This document shows, one piece after another, positions 37,511 through 46,575 of a DNA stretch of 64,000 nucleotides (positions are counted from its first letter, which is position 1; each line of letters opens with the position of its first letter). The DNA comes from Candidatus Poribacteria bacterium (GTDB taxonomy: Bacteria; Poribacteria; WGA-4E; WGA-3G), in assembly GCA_022825825.1 (NCBI GenBank), contig JAJDWA010000019.1, positions 40,046 to 104,045 of the forward strand, given 5' to 3'. Below the pieces are notes generated by a model. It searched no databases and had not been told where the DNA came from. It saw only the letters and a list, made by a program, of their open reading frames with translations. The position numbers and the translations under genes were made by a program.

Positions 37511-38203
37511 ATGCTTTTAGGACTTGACCCGGTCTATTGGTTATTTATTGCACCTGGGCTCTTGTTATCCTTATATGCGACATGGAAGACAAAATCGACA
37601 TTTTCAAAATATTCGCAAGTCGGTTCGCGAAACCGGATGACGGGCGCACAGGCAGCAGCACTCATGTTGGAAAGAAACGGCATCCGCGATGTTAAAATTG
37701 AACACACAGGCGGGTGGTTGAGTGACCACTATGATCCACGTAAAAAAGTATTACGGCTGTCCAGCGATGTATATTCAAGCCAGTCTCTGTCTGCAATAGG
37801 GGTGGCATGCCATGAAGCAGGGCATGCAATGCAAGATGCACAGGGATATGCGATGCTTAACTTGCGTAGTGCGCTTGTTCCAGCAACAAACTTCAGTTCT
37901 ATATTTTCCTATATTTTTATAATGGTTGGGTTTTTCCTTCATCCGTCATTCTTGTATTTAGGCGTGGTCCTGTTTACGGTAGGTGTAGTGTTTTCATTGG
38001 TAACACTGCCTGTGGAATGGGATGCGAGTCGGCGTGCCAGAATTGCTATGGATGGCGCAGGCATGCTTTCCCCTGAGGAAAGTCGTCAAGCGAACAAGGT
38101 GCTCAATGCCGCATTTCTAACCTATCTCGCAGCAGCAGTTACAAGTCTACTGACACTTATCTACTTTCTATTCCGTTTAGGACTTTTGGGTGGTGATGAG
38201 TAA
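37511..38203 (+). CDS. membrane zinc metallopeptidase (YugP-like, Zn_peptidase_2 family)
   Basis: An HEXXH motif in the context VACHEAGHAMQ, an N-terminal TM helix and C-terminal TM helices. ATG at 37511 has RBS ggaggtg. Confidence 0.75.
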   Translation: MLLGLDPVYWLFIAPGLLLSLYATWKTKSTFSKYSQVGSRNRMTGAQAAALMLERNGIRDVKIEHTGGWLSDHYDPRKKVLRLSSDVYSSQSLSAIGVACHEAGHAMQDAQGYAMLNLRSALVPATNFSSIFSYIFIMVGFFLHPSFLYLGVVLFTVGVVFSLVTLPVEWDASRRARIAMDGAGMLSPEESRQANKVLNAAFLTYLAAAVTSLLTLIYFLFRLGLLGGDE

Positions 38204-38341
38204 ACGATTCACTATGAGTAGTTTAAGGCATACCAATATTTTTACGCTATTAGTAGTTTTGGGATTTGAAAAAAGTTGAAAAATCTCTCTAAACCCTTGT
38301 ATTTATTGGCTTTTTCTTGATTAAAAAGTGAGGAAAAGAGA

Positions 38342-40690
38342 ATGAATAAACAACAAAAAGGTCCAAGAAGACATCATTGGAGATCACAATGGTATTTAGA
38401 TGGATTTTCTATACCGGATAATCCAGAGCATTGCCATGCACTTAATGTTGTATCAGGTCAAGCAATATGTAATGCTCATATAAAAAATCTGGCTGTTGAA
38501 AAGGATTTTTACAGATTTTTAGATGATTTTTCGGGTATAGAACCTCAAGTATCACAATTGGATGGTATCGTGAGCTCCATATTCTCTGAAATTGTTTCAG
38601 AGAATAAAATGACATTCAGAAACCAAGCTGAATACGAATACAAAACAGAAATGATGTTGCGTTTTATTGCACACATGATGGCTTTTGATCCTGCAGTAAG
38701 AGATGGCATAATTCATGCAGCTAAAATTATAGCACCTGAAGATATTACTGATAAGGACGATGTAGAGTCTATTCCAATGCATATAGTCTTTTACTTTGAG
38801 TATTTAGGGATTATTAGAAATATGGGGAGCAACATTGGATTCAAAATATTTACTGCAGGCGATGATAATTTTTTTATTTGCCCAGATGTCATTAATTTTA
38901 CAGTAACTTACGATAACGAGTTGCACTTATGTTTCCCCTTACATAAAAACCTATGCTTTTACGGCTGTACTTCAAAAGAAGTTTTAGATACTATTAATCC
39001 ATCTGTACCACAAATCAACACAATGCTCCTATTACATAGTAGACAATTTGTATATTTCCCCAGTTGGGATTTAGAAATAGATAATGGGATCAGTGAAATT
39101 CCGATTAAAGATTTAATAAATAAGGGAATAGATGAAATGATAGAAGTATGGCTACAAAAAAATCCTACTATCATTAATCCCTCCAGTCGTTGTCCAATCA
39201 ACATTAACCTAATCTTTAACATAACTGAAAAACACATACCTGATGACGCAAAAAAAGAAGCATCAGACTACATAGAAAAAACAATAAGCAATATTAAATC
39301 TGACATATACGCAATGTGCCTTGTACATGATGAAAATTACGATGGACGTAGCCCATTAGATTCAGACAAGTTCATAGAGATCACACGCGAAGTGTCCGAA
39401 CTTGCAGACCTAAATATCAAACATTTTTGTTCGAAGGACATGACAACTGTATTCTTTAGAATGCATGAGTCTAATGACGGCTCAAGTATGACCTTGCATA
39501 AAGTAAGACGAGAGGATATTAAAACAGAATCTGCCTTAAATTCACCAGTTATATGTAAGATTATGCCGTTCAATCAATGGCTAAATGCTGTTACAGACAG
39601 GATTTATGACAATGAAGGAGTCCGTATTGCCACAGAAATGGCTGAATCTGTAAAATGCCCGATAGATGCACAAGAAGCACATCTCTTTTTGTCAGGGTTT
39701 GCATCCTATACACAGTTCGAATTAAATAATATCCTCGACTTAGCGAGGCAGGGGAAAGCAACACCTGACATGAATATCCCATATTGTATATTGTTTCTAC
39801 CCGAATTCAAAGAAGGCAATATCATGGAAAATTGTAGTATGTTAGATATTGCTAACAAGGTGACTTCTCTTATGAATGCACAGTGGATAGATACTATTAC
39901 GGATTCTATTAGTTTAAATGAGATATTCCAATCTGATGAATTACTTATACCACATTCTGATAACAATTTATTACTTTTTTCATCTTGGGATAAAAAAATA
40001 GAGAATCTCTGTATTTCTAAAACACCTAAGTCGGGAGCAACATTTTCTATCTGGTTACATATTTTTAATTTGTGCCTTAGCACACCGAAATTTTTAGTAT
40101 TTGTTGCAATGAAAGAATATTCTACACTTTTAAAGACAATCTTAGACGATCTGGAACAAGTTATCCTCGGATATAAACTTAGCAATTCAATGCCTATTAT
40201 ATCGCTTATAGGCAAACCATCACGTCCAGAAGGGATAGCATTTCCAAACGGTTCAGAAATAAAATTTCTTGGATTAAGGAGTAAATATGGAGTAAGCAGT
40301 AAAAAAACAGCAGAAAAAATAGAAAAAGAACAGCCTCAGCTATTCTGGCTTAGTGATGATTCCAAGTATAACTATTTTGATTTTGATATGTGGAATCCAA
40401 TTCATAGAATCTTGCTATCACAAGACAAACAATGCCAGATAATATTTGAAACATATCCTAAATCGCCTAAGTATTGGATTTACAAATTGTTTCACTCACA
40501 CGAACCAGGAATTCTTGATTTGCATGAAGGTAAAGATATTGCAATAAGCGATACTATAGAGAAATGCGGTTCAATGATGTGGTTAGTTTTTAAGTTATCT
40601 GATAACCCAGTCATGGTTCATGAGCATAAAAAAAGAAAAGACGATGCGATAAAACTGCTTAAGCATATACAAATTGACAAATCACGTTAA
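38342..40690 (+). CDS. hypothetical 782-aa protein: DUF4238-like N-terminal domain plus ~500-aa uncharacterised C-terminal region
   Basis: The N-terminus RRHHWRSQWYLDGFS, IKNLAVEKDFYRF, FIAHMMAFDPAVRD and FKIFTAGDDNFFICPD follow the DUF4238 pattern (HHYvPqfYLr.F ... n.a.e.dfY ... F.tsD.P) as I remember it. The rest has no motif I recognise. The gene is strongly AT-rich. Confidence 0.7.
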   Translation: MNKQQKGPRRHHWRSQWYLDGFSIPDNPEHCHALNVVSGQAICNAHIKNLAVEKDFYRFLDDFSGIEPQVSQLDGIVSSIFSEIVSENKMTFRNQAEYEYKTEMMLRFIAHMMAFDPAVRDGIIHAAKIIAPEDITDKDDVESIPMHIVFYFEYLGIIRNMGSNIGFKIFTAGDDNFFICPDVINFTVTYDNELHLCFPLHKNLCFYGCTSKEVLDTINPSVPQINTMLLLHSRQFVYFPSWDLEIDNGISEIPIKDLINKGIDEMIEVWLQKNPTIINPSSRCPININLIFNITEKHIPDDAKKEASDYIEKTISNIKSDIYAMCLVHDENYDGRSPLDSDKFIEITREVSELADLNIKHFCSKDMTTVFFRMHESNDGSSMTLHKVRREDIKTESALNSPVICKIMPFNQWLNAVTDRIYDNEGVRIATEMAESVKCPIDAQEAHLFLSGFASYTQFELNNILDLARQGKATPDMNIPYCILFLPEFKEGNIMENCSMLDIANKVTSLMNAQWIDTITDSISLNEIFQSDELLIPHSDNNLLLFSSWDKKIENLCISKTPKSGATFSIWLHIFNLCLSTPKFLVFVAMKEYSTLLKTILDDLEQVILGYKLSNSMPIISLIGKPSRPEGIAFPNGSEIKFLGLRSKYGVSSKKTAEKIEKEQPQLFWLSDDSKYNYFDFDMWNPIHRILLSQDKQCQIIFETYPKSPKYWIYKLFHSHEPGILDLHEGKDIAISDTIEKCGSMMWLVFKLSDNPVMVHEHKKRKDDAIKLLKHIQIDKSR

Positions 40691-40708
40691 AAATAAGAGG
40701 ATATTATT

Positions 40709-41050
40709 ATGACCATAGTGTTCAGGCATTTAGATTTTCCTGATAAAATATGTAGATTTGAACTTAATAATAGTAAATGTGTAGATACCGCAAGATTAAT
40801 TTATGCTGAAGAAATTACTGTTGTATATGGTATAGTATTGTGGGAACACCCTAAATACTATAGGCGAGGTATTATAGATAAGCGTGGGGAATACGGACAT
40901 ATAGTAATAGCACGTTGCCAAACTGTTAATGCTCTTACTGACAAAGCTTTGAAACCACTCCTTAATGAAATCAGAAAGGCGTTAAGAAACGGAGTGCTTG
41001 AACTTGATCTTACGGACAGAAAAACTGAATTGGATTTAAGCGATGTGTGA
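40709..41050 (+). CDS. hypothetical 113-aa protein
   Basis: The ORF starts 18 nt after the previous stop with RBS aagagga. It is AT-rich like its upstream neighbour. I recognise no family. Confidence 0.55.
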   Translation: MTIVFRHLDFPDKICRFELNNSKCVDTARLIYAEEITVVYGIVLWEHPKYYRRGIIDKRGEYGHIVIARCQTVNALTDKALKPLLNEIRKALRNGVLELDLTDRKTELDLSDV

Positions 41051-41142
41051 CTAATTCCGCTTTAAAATCCTGAATTTTATTGTGAAACTCAATTTAACCA
41101 GTCTCAAATCTACTAATTGTGTATTTTTAATGGAAACTTTGC

Positions 41143-42579
41143 ATGACACAAAACTTCCCAGATAATACCCTTTATGAAATGGACAATTTAGATGTGCTGC
41201 GCGGCATGAACAGTCAAACGGTTGACCTCATCGCCACTGATCCACCATTCAACACGAAACGAAATCGGAGCGCAACAGCAGGACATTACGTTGATAACTG
41301 GAAATGGGGAGATACCGGTATACTTCCTGACCAATGGAAATGGAACGAAGTTCACCCGAAATGGCTTGAGGAGATCAAAGACAACCACACTGAACTTTAC
41401 CATGCCATTGACGCTGCCAAACATTGTCAAGGCGAGGACACTGCCGCATTCCTCTGCTTCCTCAGTGTTAGACTCATTGAAATGCATCGTGTCTTGAAAG
41501 AGACAGGTAGTATCTATTTGCACTGCGATCCAACTGCAAGTCATTACATCAAAATGTGTATGGACGCTATCTTTGGGAAAAAGAACTTTCGCAATGAGAT
41601 TGTGTGGCATTACCAAACTGGCGGTGTCAGTAAGAGGTGGTTTGGGCGCAAACATGATGTGATACATTTCTACACCAAAACAGAAAAATACTTTATTGAT
41701 TTGACACGGGTAAAAGACAGTAGAAGCGCGGAAGTACTTCGCCGTATAGAGAGTGGAAACGAAAATGCTACCCGTGCTAAAGATTTGGAAAGACTGCCGT
41801 TTGATGTTTGGAACATTCAAGCATTAAACGCAATGTCCAACGAACGTACAGGTTCTCCCGACCAAAAACCGCTTGCTCTTTACGAGCGCATTATCAAAGC
41901 CAGTAGCAACGAAGGAGACGTTGTATTAGACCCTTTCTGTGGGTGTGCCACAACGATCATTGCTGCCGACAAACACAAACGTCGTTGGATAGGCATTGAT
42001 AGACGAAAAGACGCGCGTTACCACATTATTACCCGTTTGATGGGAATTGATCGAAAAGAGCGGGAACGTCTTGAGAAAGTTGTGAAAGATGGTAGTGATC
42101 CGGGGTGGCTTGATAGACAAACACAAAAATACGAAATACACTACCAAACCGAACCCCCGACACGCACCGATGAAGCCGCGCAAACTTCGGCAGCGTTAGC
42201 ACACGTCTATACGACCCGATCCGAATCTCTGCACACGCATGCCGAGATGCACCAAATCCTTGTCAATCAGTTTGGACTCAAATGTTGGGGATGTAACTTT
42301 GTACCACCAGACAAAAGGTATTTACACCTTGACCACATTATCCCTAAAAGTGATGGCGGCACAAATGATATAAATAACCGTGCACTACTCTGCCAACCGT
42401 GCAATAGTAAAAAATCAAATACCATGAGTCTTAACGCACTTCGTAGACAAAACAAAAAGGAGGGCTACACACAATCTAACCCAGAGATAGACTTGCAAAA
42501 TGCACTTGCATGGACAAGAAACTATTTAATACAAACTATACGAGAAACACCGTACCAATTTAAGCTTGATAATTCCTAA
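41143..42579 (+). CDS. beta-class N4/N6 DNA methyltransferase fused to a C-terminal HNH nuclease domain
   Basis: Motif IV DPPF (DLIATDPPFN, aa 28-37) precedes motif I (VLDPFCGCATTIIAA, IGID), which is the beta-class order. The C-terminus CWGC...HLDHIIPKSDGGTNDINNRALLCQPCNSKKSN (nt ~42270-42420) is an HNH with a CxxC...CxxC zinc site. Confidence 0.85.
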   Translation: MTQNFPDNTLYEMDNLDVLRGMNSQTVDLIATDPPFNTKRNRSATAGHYVDNWKWGDTGILPDQWKWNEVHPKWLEEIKDNHTELYHAIDAAKHCQGEDTAAFLCFLSVRLIEMHRVLKETGSIYLHCDPTASHYIKMCMDAIFGKKNFRNEIVWHYQTGGVSKRWFGRKHDVIHFYTKTEKYFIDLTRVKDSRSAEVLRRIESGNENATRAKDLERLPFDVWNIQALNAMSNERTGSPDQKPLALYERIIKASSNEGDVVLDPFCGCATTIIAADKHKRRWIGIDRRKDARYHIITRLMGIDRKERERLEKVVKDGSDPGWLDRQTQKYEIHYQTEPPTRTDEAAQTSAALAHVYTTRSESLHTHAEMHQILVNQFGLKCWGCNFVPPDKRYLHLDHIIPKSDGGTNDINNRALLCQPCNSKKSNTMSLNALRRQNKKEGYTQSNPEIDLQNALAWTRNYLIQTIRETPYQFKLDNS

Positions 42580-42605
42580 GCCATAAACTAATCCTTAATT
42601 TAGAT

Positions 42606-42626
42606 GGCGCGGCACGGAACCGCGCC
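42606..42626. repeat. GC-rich hairpin between convergent genes (terminator or REP-like)
   Basis: GGCGCGG-cacggaa-CCGCGCC. Confidence 0.45.
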
Positions 42627-42644
42627 TGTCGTGGAGTTTACGAT

Positions 42645-43073
42645 TTAACCTTTGCTTTCAATATCAACACCGGGCCATTGGTCGTCGCGTTCGGTAATAT
42701 CAACGACAATCCCGTCAGGGTCTTCAACTTTGAAAGCCTCTGAAGGCAACTCATCGGAATTCGGATCGTAAGGTTTGGTGCCATCTAAGCCTTCCCAGGT
42801 AATTGCAAAACCGAGGTCTTCACATCGTTGTGCTGCTTCTCGCAAATCGGGAACGCGGACACCGATATGAAGATAGTCTAACATCCCACCGATATGTTGT
42901 GGACGGTCAGGTCCATTGTGTTGAAACACACGAAAATTGTGATAACCGTCAGTCAGGTCGTAGCACCCATTTTTAGTTGAAGAAACGCTTAACCCGAGTG
43001 CATCCCGCCAGAAACGGATACTTTTTTCAAGGTTCGTAGTGCGGACACCAATATGTACAAGTGTTGTTGACAT
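42645..43073 (-). CDS. VOC (glyoxalase/bleomycin resistance/dioxygenase) family protein
   Basis: 142 aa with paired beta-alpha-beta-beta-beta modules: HIGVRTTNLEKSIRFWRDALGL and HIGVRVPDL. Confidence 0.75.
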   Translation of the reverse strand: MSTTLVHIGVRTTNLEKSIRFWRDALGLSVSSTKNGCYDLTDGYHNFRVFQHNGPDRPQHIGGMLDYLHIGVRVPDLREAAQRCEDLGFAITWEGLDGTKPYDPNSDELPSEAFKVEDPDGIVVDITERDDQWPGVDIESKG

Positions 43074-43125
43074 GAGAAAATCTCCTTATTGTATAATGTG
43101 AGGTAATACGAAATTAGTTATGGCA

Positions 43126-43917
43126 TTAGACCCAAAGAGCGGGTTCGCGGTCTTCGGCACGGTGTTCATAGAGTAGTTTAACATCATCAGGAAATTTATC
43201 GAACGTTTCACCGGGAATCGTAGCGGTATTAACACCGAAGAGTTCCAAATTCAACCACCACGGAGCATATCTGACGACAACTGCAGTGCGGCGACCGTCG
43301 CTTGGATTTTCTGCATTAGAATGCCAAATCCGACTGTCCATGATAAGCACGCTGCCCGCGCTGCCAATGGCTTGCATTTCGCCCTCAAGTGGATTGCGAT
43401 CACCGATACCGTCCTCTTTACCGCGTGGATTTCTGAGATCAACATGTGATTTTGGAACAATCCATGTGCCACCGTTTTCTGTCGTAAAATCGGTGAGCAT
43501 CCAAAGCGTGGTAATACCGATAACAGCAGTCGGAAACGGTTGGGTGATATGCCATTTCTGGTTTAAGTCATACGGAAAATCGGAGTGATATGCACGCACC
43601 AATTGATAATGTGGAGGCCGAATCTTATACTCTGTTTGAGATATACGTACCTGCGGTCCCAATAATTCTTGGATGACCGCAAGAAGCCGTTCGTTCGCCA
43701 GATGTGATGCAAAGTTTGGCATAAAACTGACGACATTACGTTCCCACCTACCGTTTTCTTTGCTGAATGCGTTATAATCTGCCTCTGAGGTTTCTACCTC
43801 TTCACGAACTGCATTAACAACGTCTGCTGGGATAACATCTTCTAATACACACCAACCTTCTTCGCGCATCTGCGTAACGTAAGGGTTGATGGTTTCTGAT
43901 AAATTTTCTGTAGGCAT
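43126..43917 (-). CDS. phytanoyl-CoA dioxygenase family protein
   Basis: EGWCVLEDVIP N-terminus, HSD triad motif, and distal WHSNAEN. Confidence 0.8.
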   Translation of the reverse strand: MPTENLSETINPYVTQMREEGWCVLEDVIPADVVNAVREEVETSEADYNAFSKENGRWERNVVSFMPNFASHLANERLLAVIQELLGPQVRISQTEYKIRPPHYQLVRAYHSDFPYDLNQKWHITQPFPTAVIGITTLWMLTDFTTENGGTWIVPKSHVDLRNPRGKEDGIGDRNPLEGEMQAIGSAGSVLIMDSRIWHSNAENPSDGRRTAVVVRYAPWWLNLELFGVNTATIPGETFDKFPDDVKLLYEHRAEDREPALWV

Positions 43918-43982
43918 TCTATTTCTCCTTTAGAGAATACTGGAATTGGAAGGATAATAGAGTCTAATAAATTATATGACAA

Positions 43983-44366
43983 TCAGTTACGTTCCTTGTT
44001 ATGACGAATTGCTGCCTTAATAAGCGGTGTAAGACGCATAATTTTGCCGAGTGAACCGGTAATACCGATTTCGCGTGTTGTGATCGCTCCCATAACGTTG
44101 AGTTCACCTGTCCAAAATTTGTGCGCGACATCTCCTGTCATCGTCAATTCAACATCGGGGGTTGCATCACTACAAGCATCGCGAGAAACAGTATATTCAC
44201 CATTCGCTGCGGTTAACGTCATCACACAATCAGGGATACTGTAATTAAACTGCACGCTTAAGTTTAGCGATTTGAGAACCTCTTGCGCTTCTGGTAGCGT
44301 AGCAATTTCTTCAAACAGTTCGCTGATATAACTATAAAGTTGTTCTGATGTTTCAAATATAGCCAT
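43983..44366 (-). CDS. SCP2 sterol-binding domain protein
   Basis: The pattern DVELTMTGDVAHKFWTGELNVMGAITTREIGITGSLGKIMRL is the typical SCP2 C-terminal half. ATG at 44366 (MAIFETS). Confidence 0.65.
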   Translation of the reverse strand: MAIFETSEQLYSYISELFEEIATLPEAQEVLKSLNLSVQFNYSIPDCVMTLTAANGEYTVSRDACSDATPDVELTMTGDVAHKFWTGELNVMGAITTREIGITGSLGKIMRLTPLIKAAIRHNKERN

Positions 44367-44415
44367 AGTTTGCGGTATAGCATAACTTATAATTACATTG
44401 AAGGTCAAATTAAAA

Positions 44416-45030
44416 ATGAAAAAGAACCCATTTCACTATTATGTTGAAAACCTTGAAGAACGTCTTGAAAATATGGATACCTACAATAAGGAATCAATTA
44501 CACGAACCTTTCAAGATTTTTATGGGCCGGATAATCTCCGATATAAATTACCTATCGGTCATATAGACATAGTTCAAACAGGTTCCTATATTTCGCATAT
44601 ATTTTTTAACGACGATTCCACGTTTTATGAACCCCCATTCACCCCACAGACCGAGTTGCTGAGTTGTACGAAGAATGTATTGGATCGGTATTTTGATGGT
44701 GAGTCGGTAGATTTTCGCGAGATTCCAGTTAAAATAGAAATTGGAACAGAATTTCAGAATTCCGTTTGGAACACCATTCATCAGATTCCGTTTGGTGAAG
44801 TGCGCAGCTACAAATGGATAGCAGATCAGATTGGCAGACCGAAGGCTGTGCGCGCTGTCGGAAATGCTACGGGAAGCAATCCAATTACAATTATTATTCC
44901 GTGCCATCGTGTGATTAGGAGTAATGGCAATTTGGGCGGTTATGGAGGTGGTCTTGAACGCAAACGACAATTGTTATCACTTGAAGGCTACCCAATTGAG
45001 GTGTTAAAACAACCGCGTGAGGGTTCTTGA
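44416..45030 (+). CDS. ogt: methylated-DNA--protein-cysteine methyltransferase
   Basis: Active site IIIPCHRVI and the helix-turn-helix region GEVRSYKWIADQIGRPKAVRAVGNATGSNP. Confidence 0.9.
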   Translation: MKKNPFHYYVENLEERLENMDTYNKESITRTFQDFYGPDNLRYKLPIGHIDIVQTGSYISHIFFNDDSTFYEPPFTPQTELLSCTKNVLDRYFDGESVDFREIPVKIEIGTEFQNSVWNTIHQIPFGEVRSYKWIADQIGRPKAVRAVGNATGSNPITIIIPCHRVIRSNGNLGGYGGGLERKRQLLSLEGYPIEVLKQPREGS

Positions 45031-46262
45031 TTGTGAAACATAAAAAATATAAGGGTAAATCAACTGAGGCTATTCATGCGGGTGAAACATTTTCAATACT
45101 CCCAACAGCTGTGCAAGATCATCAGGCAGGAAAAACAGGTATTCCTTTATTACCGCCTATTTATCAAAACAGCACTTTCGGTTTTCAAACAGCGGCGGAA
45201 TGTGCATCGGCGTTTATTGATGAGGAGAGTGGTTACGTCTATACCCGATGGGGGAACCCCACACAAAAAGTATTAGAAGAGAAACTCGCAGCACTTGAGG
45301 CAGGAGAATCTGCATTAGCAACAGCCTCAGGAATGGGTGCAATTAGCATCGCGCTGCTCACCGCTTTAGCAGATGGTGGGCACGTTGTTGCCATGGAAAC
45401 CCTGTATTCCGCTACATTTAATTTGCTGAATGAAGAACTCCCGCGGATGGGAGTTGAAACAACGTTTGTAGATGCTACAGATCCGAACAAAATTGAAAGC
45501 GCAATTCGTCCTGACACAAAAGTCATCTACCTCGAAAGTCCTACCAACCCTTTGCTCAAACTTGTTGATATCGCTGCGTGTGCTGAGATTGCCAAGTCGC
45601 ACAATATAACCTCAATCATTGATAATACTTTCGCAACACCTTGCAGTCAGCAACCGATAACACTTGGAATTGACGTAGTCCTTCACAGCATGACGAAATA
45701 TCTGAGTGGAAACGGTGCTGTTATTGCTGGTGCAATAGTTGGAAAAAAAGAGTTCATTGTGCAGGCACAAAAGGAGGCATTACGAAACTTCGGGGCAGTT
45801 ATCAGCCCATTTAATGCATGGCTTACACTGCTCGGTGTGCCCACTTTACCTCTTCGGTTTGGACGGCACTGTGAAAACGCATTACGTATCGCAGCGTTTC
45901 TTGAGACACATCCAGCAGTTGAATGGGTTCGCTATCCGGGTTTACCCAGCCACCCGCAGCACAACCTCGCCAAACGTCAAATGAACGGATTTGGCGGTAT
46001 GATTACAATGGAACTCAAAGAGGGACATGCTGCGGGTGAAAAACTTGTGAACGCACTTCAAATCTGTACACTGGCAGTCAGTTTAGGTGATGTGCGTACC
46101 TTAGTTTGTCACCCTGCATCGACGACGCACTCACATATCCCGATCGAAGTGCGTCAGCAAACCGGCATCACAGATGGTTTAGTTAGGTTCTCAATAGGTT
46201 TAGAGGATACTGAGGATATTATTGCCGACCTTGAACAGGCTTTAGGGACGCTGCTCTCTTAA
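45027..46262 (+). CDS. Cys/Met-metabolism PLP-dependent enzyme (methionine gamma-lyase/O-acetylhomoserine sulfhydrylase family)
   Basis: AIHAGE, YTRWGNPT and the PLP-lysine context HSMTKYLSGNG. The TTG start overlaps the ogt stop (TTGA). Confidence 0.85.
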   Translation: MIVKHKKYKGKSTEAIHAGETFSILPTAVQDHQAGKTGIPLLPPIYQNSTFGFQTAAECASAFIDEESGYVYTRWGNPTQKVLEEKLAALEAGESALATASGMGAISIALLTALADGGHVVAMETLYSATFNLLNEELPRMGVETTFVDATDPNKIESAIRPDTKVIYLESPTNPLLKLVDIAACAEIAKSHNITSIIDNTFATPCSQQPITLGIDVVLHSMTKYLSGNGAVIAGAIVGKKEFIVQAQKEALRNFGAVISPFNAWLTLLGVPTLPLRFGRHCENALRIAAFLETHPAVEWVRYPGLPSHPQHNLAKRQMNGFGGMITMELKEGHAAGEKLVNALQICTLAVSLGDVRTLVCHPASTTHSHIPIEVRQQTGITDGLVRFSIGLEDTEDIIADLEQALGTLLS

Positions 46263-46268
46263 AAGGTT

Positions 46269-46359
46269 ATACCAAATTAACTGGATTTATCTTGTTTTAT
46301 TGGCATTAGGTGTGGTTAGGAAACCACACCTACCAAGACGAATCGCGTTAATTTGGTAT
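46269..46359. repeat. REP-like unit (family 1) nested inside a 13-bp outer inverted repeat
   Basis: The inner unit is ggtgtggttaggaaaccacacctacc (46309-46334). The outer arms ATACCAAATTAAC (46269-46281) and GTTAATTTGGTAT (46347-46359) are perfectly complementary. Confidence 0.7.
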
Positions 46360-46443
46360 TATAAGTCATCTGAAGTTCTTCGTAAGTTGACAGTTATAGG
46401 TAGAGCACAGCGAAATCTATAGGCATCAATTTAGCGGTCCACA

Positions 46444-46528
46444 CCTCTGGTAGGCGCGTTTTCTAAATGCGCCATTAGGCAATTTCAGCACAAGGACAAG
46501 CGCATTTCCAAAACGTGCCTACCAGAGG
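46444..46528. repeat. REP/BIME-like inverted pair (family 1 variant)
   Basis: cctctggtaggcgcgttttctaaatgcgcc (46444-46472) faces gcgcatttccaaaacgtgcctaccagagg (46500-46528). Confidence 0.7.
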
Positions 46529-46575
46529 GTCCCAAATCGGGCTTAGAAAGCGGACGGGATTTATTAAACTCACGT

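Noticed and set aside
40150-40330. Terminase-like motif (FPNGSEIKFLGL) in the C-terminal part of the 782-aa protein, hinting at a phage packaging module with the HNH
   Set aside because: There is no Walker A/B ATPase motif anywhere in the protein, and no other phage structural, portal or integrase genes nearby. The resemblance is too short to use.
41188-41820. 210-aa ORF antisense to the methyltransferase gene
   Set aside because: It is a shadow ORF inside a gene with unambiguous MTase motifs on the other strand. The same reasoning applies to 39706..40215, 5667..6137, 48542..49078, 55470..55973, 16456..16845, 25359..25847, 13383..13766 and other antisense or overlapping track ORFs.
45027-45030. 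Overlap of the ogt stop with the start of the methionine-gamma-lyase-family gene, as a sign of a functional link
   Set aside because: 4-nt overlaps are common in compact operons, and the start codon (TTG) is uncertain. There is no biochemical rationale strong enough to report.
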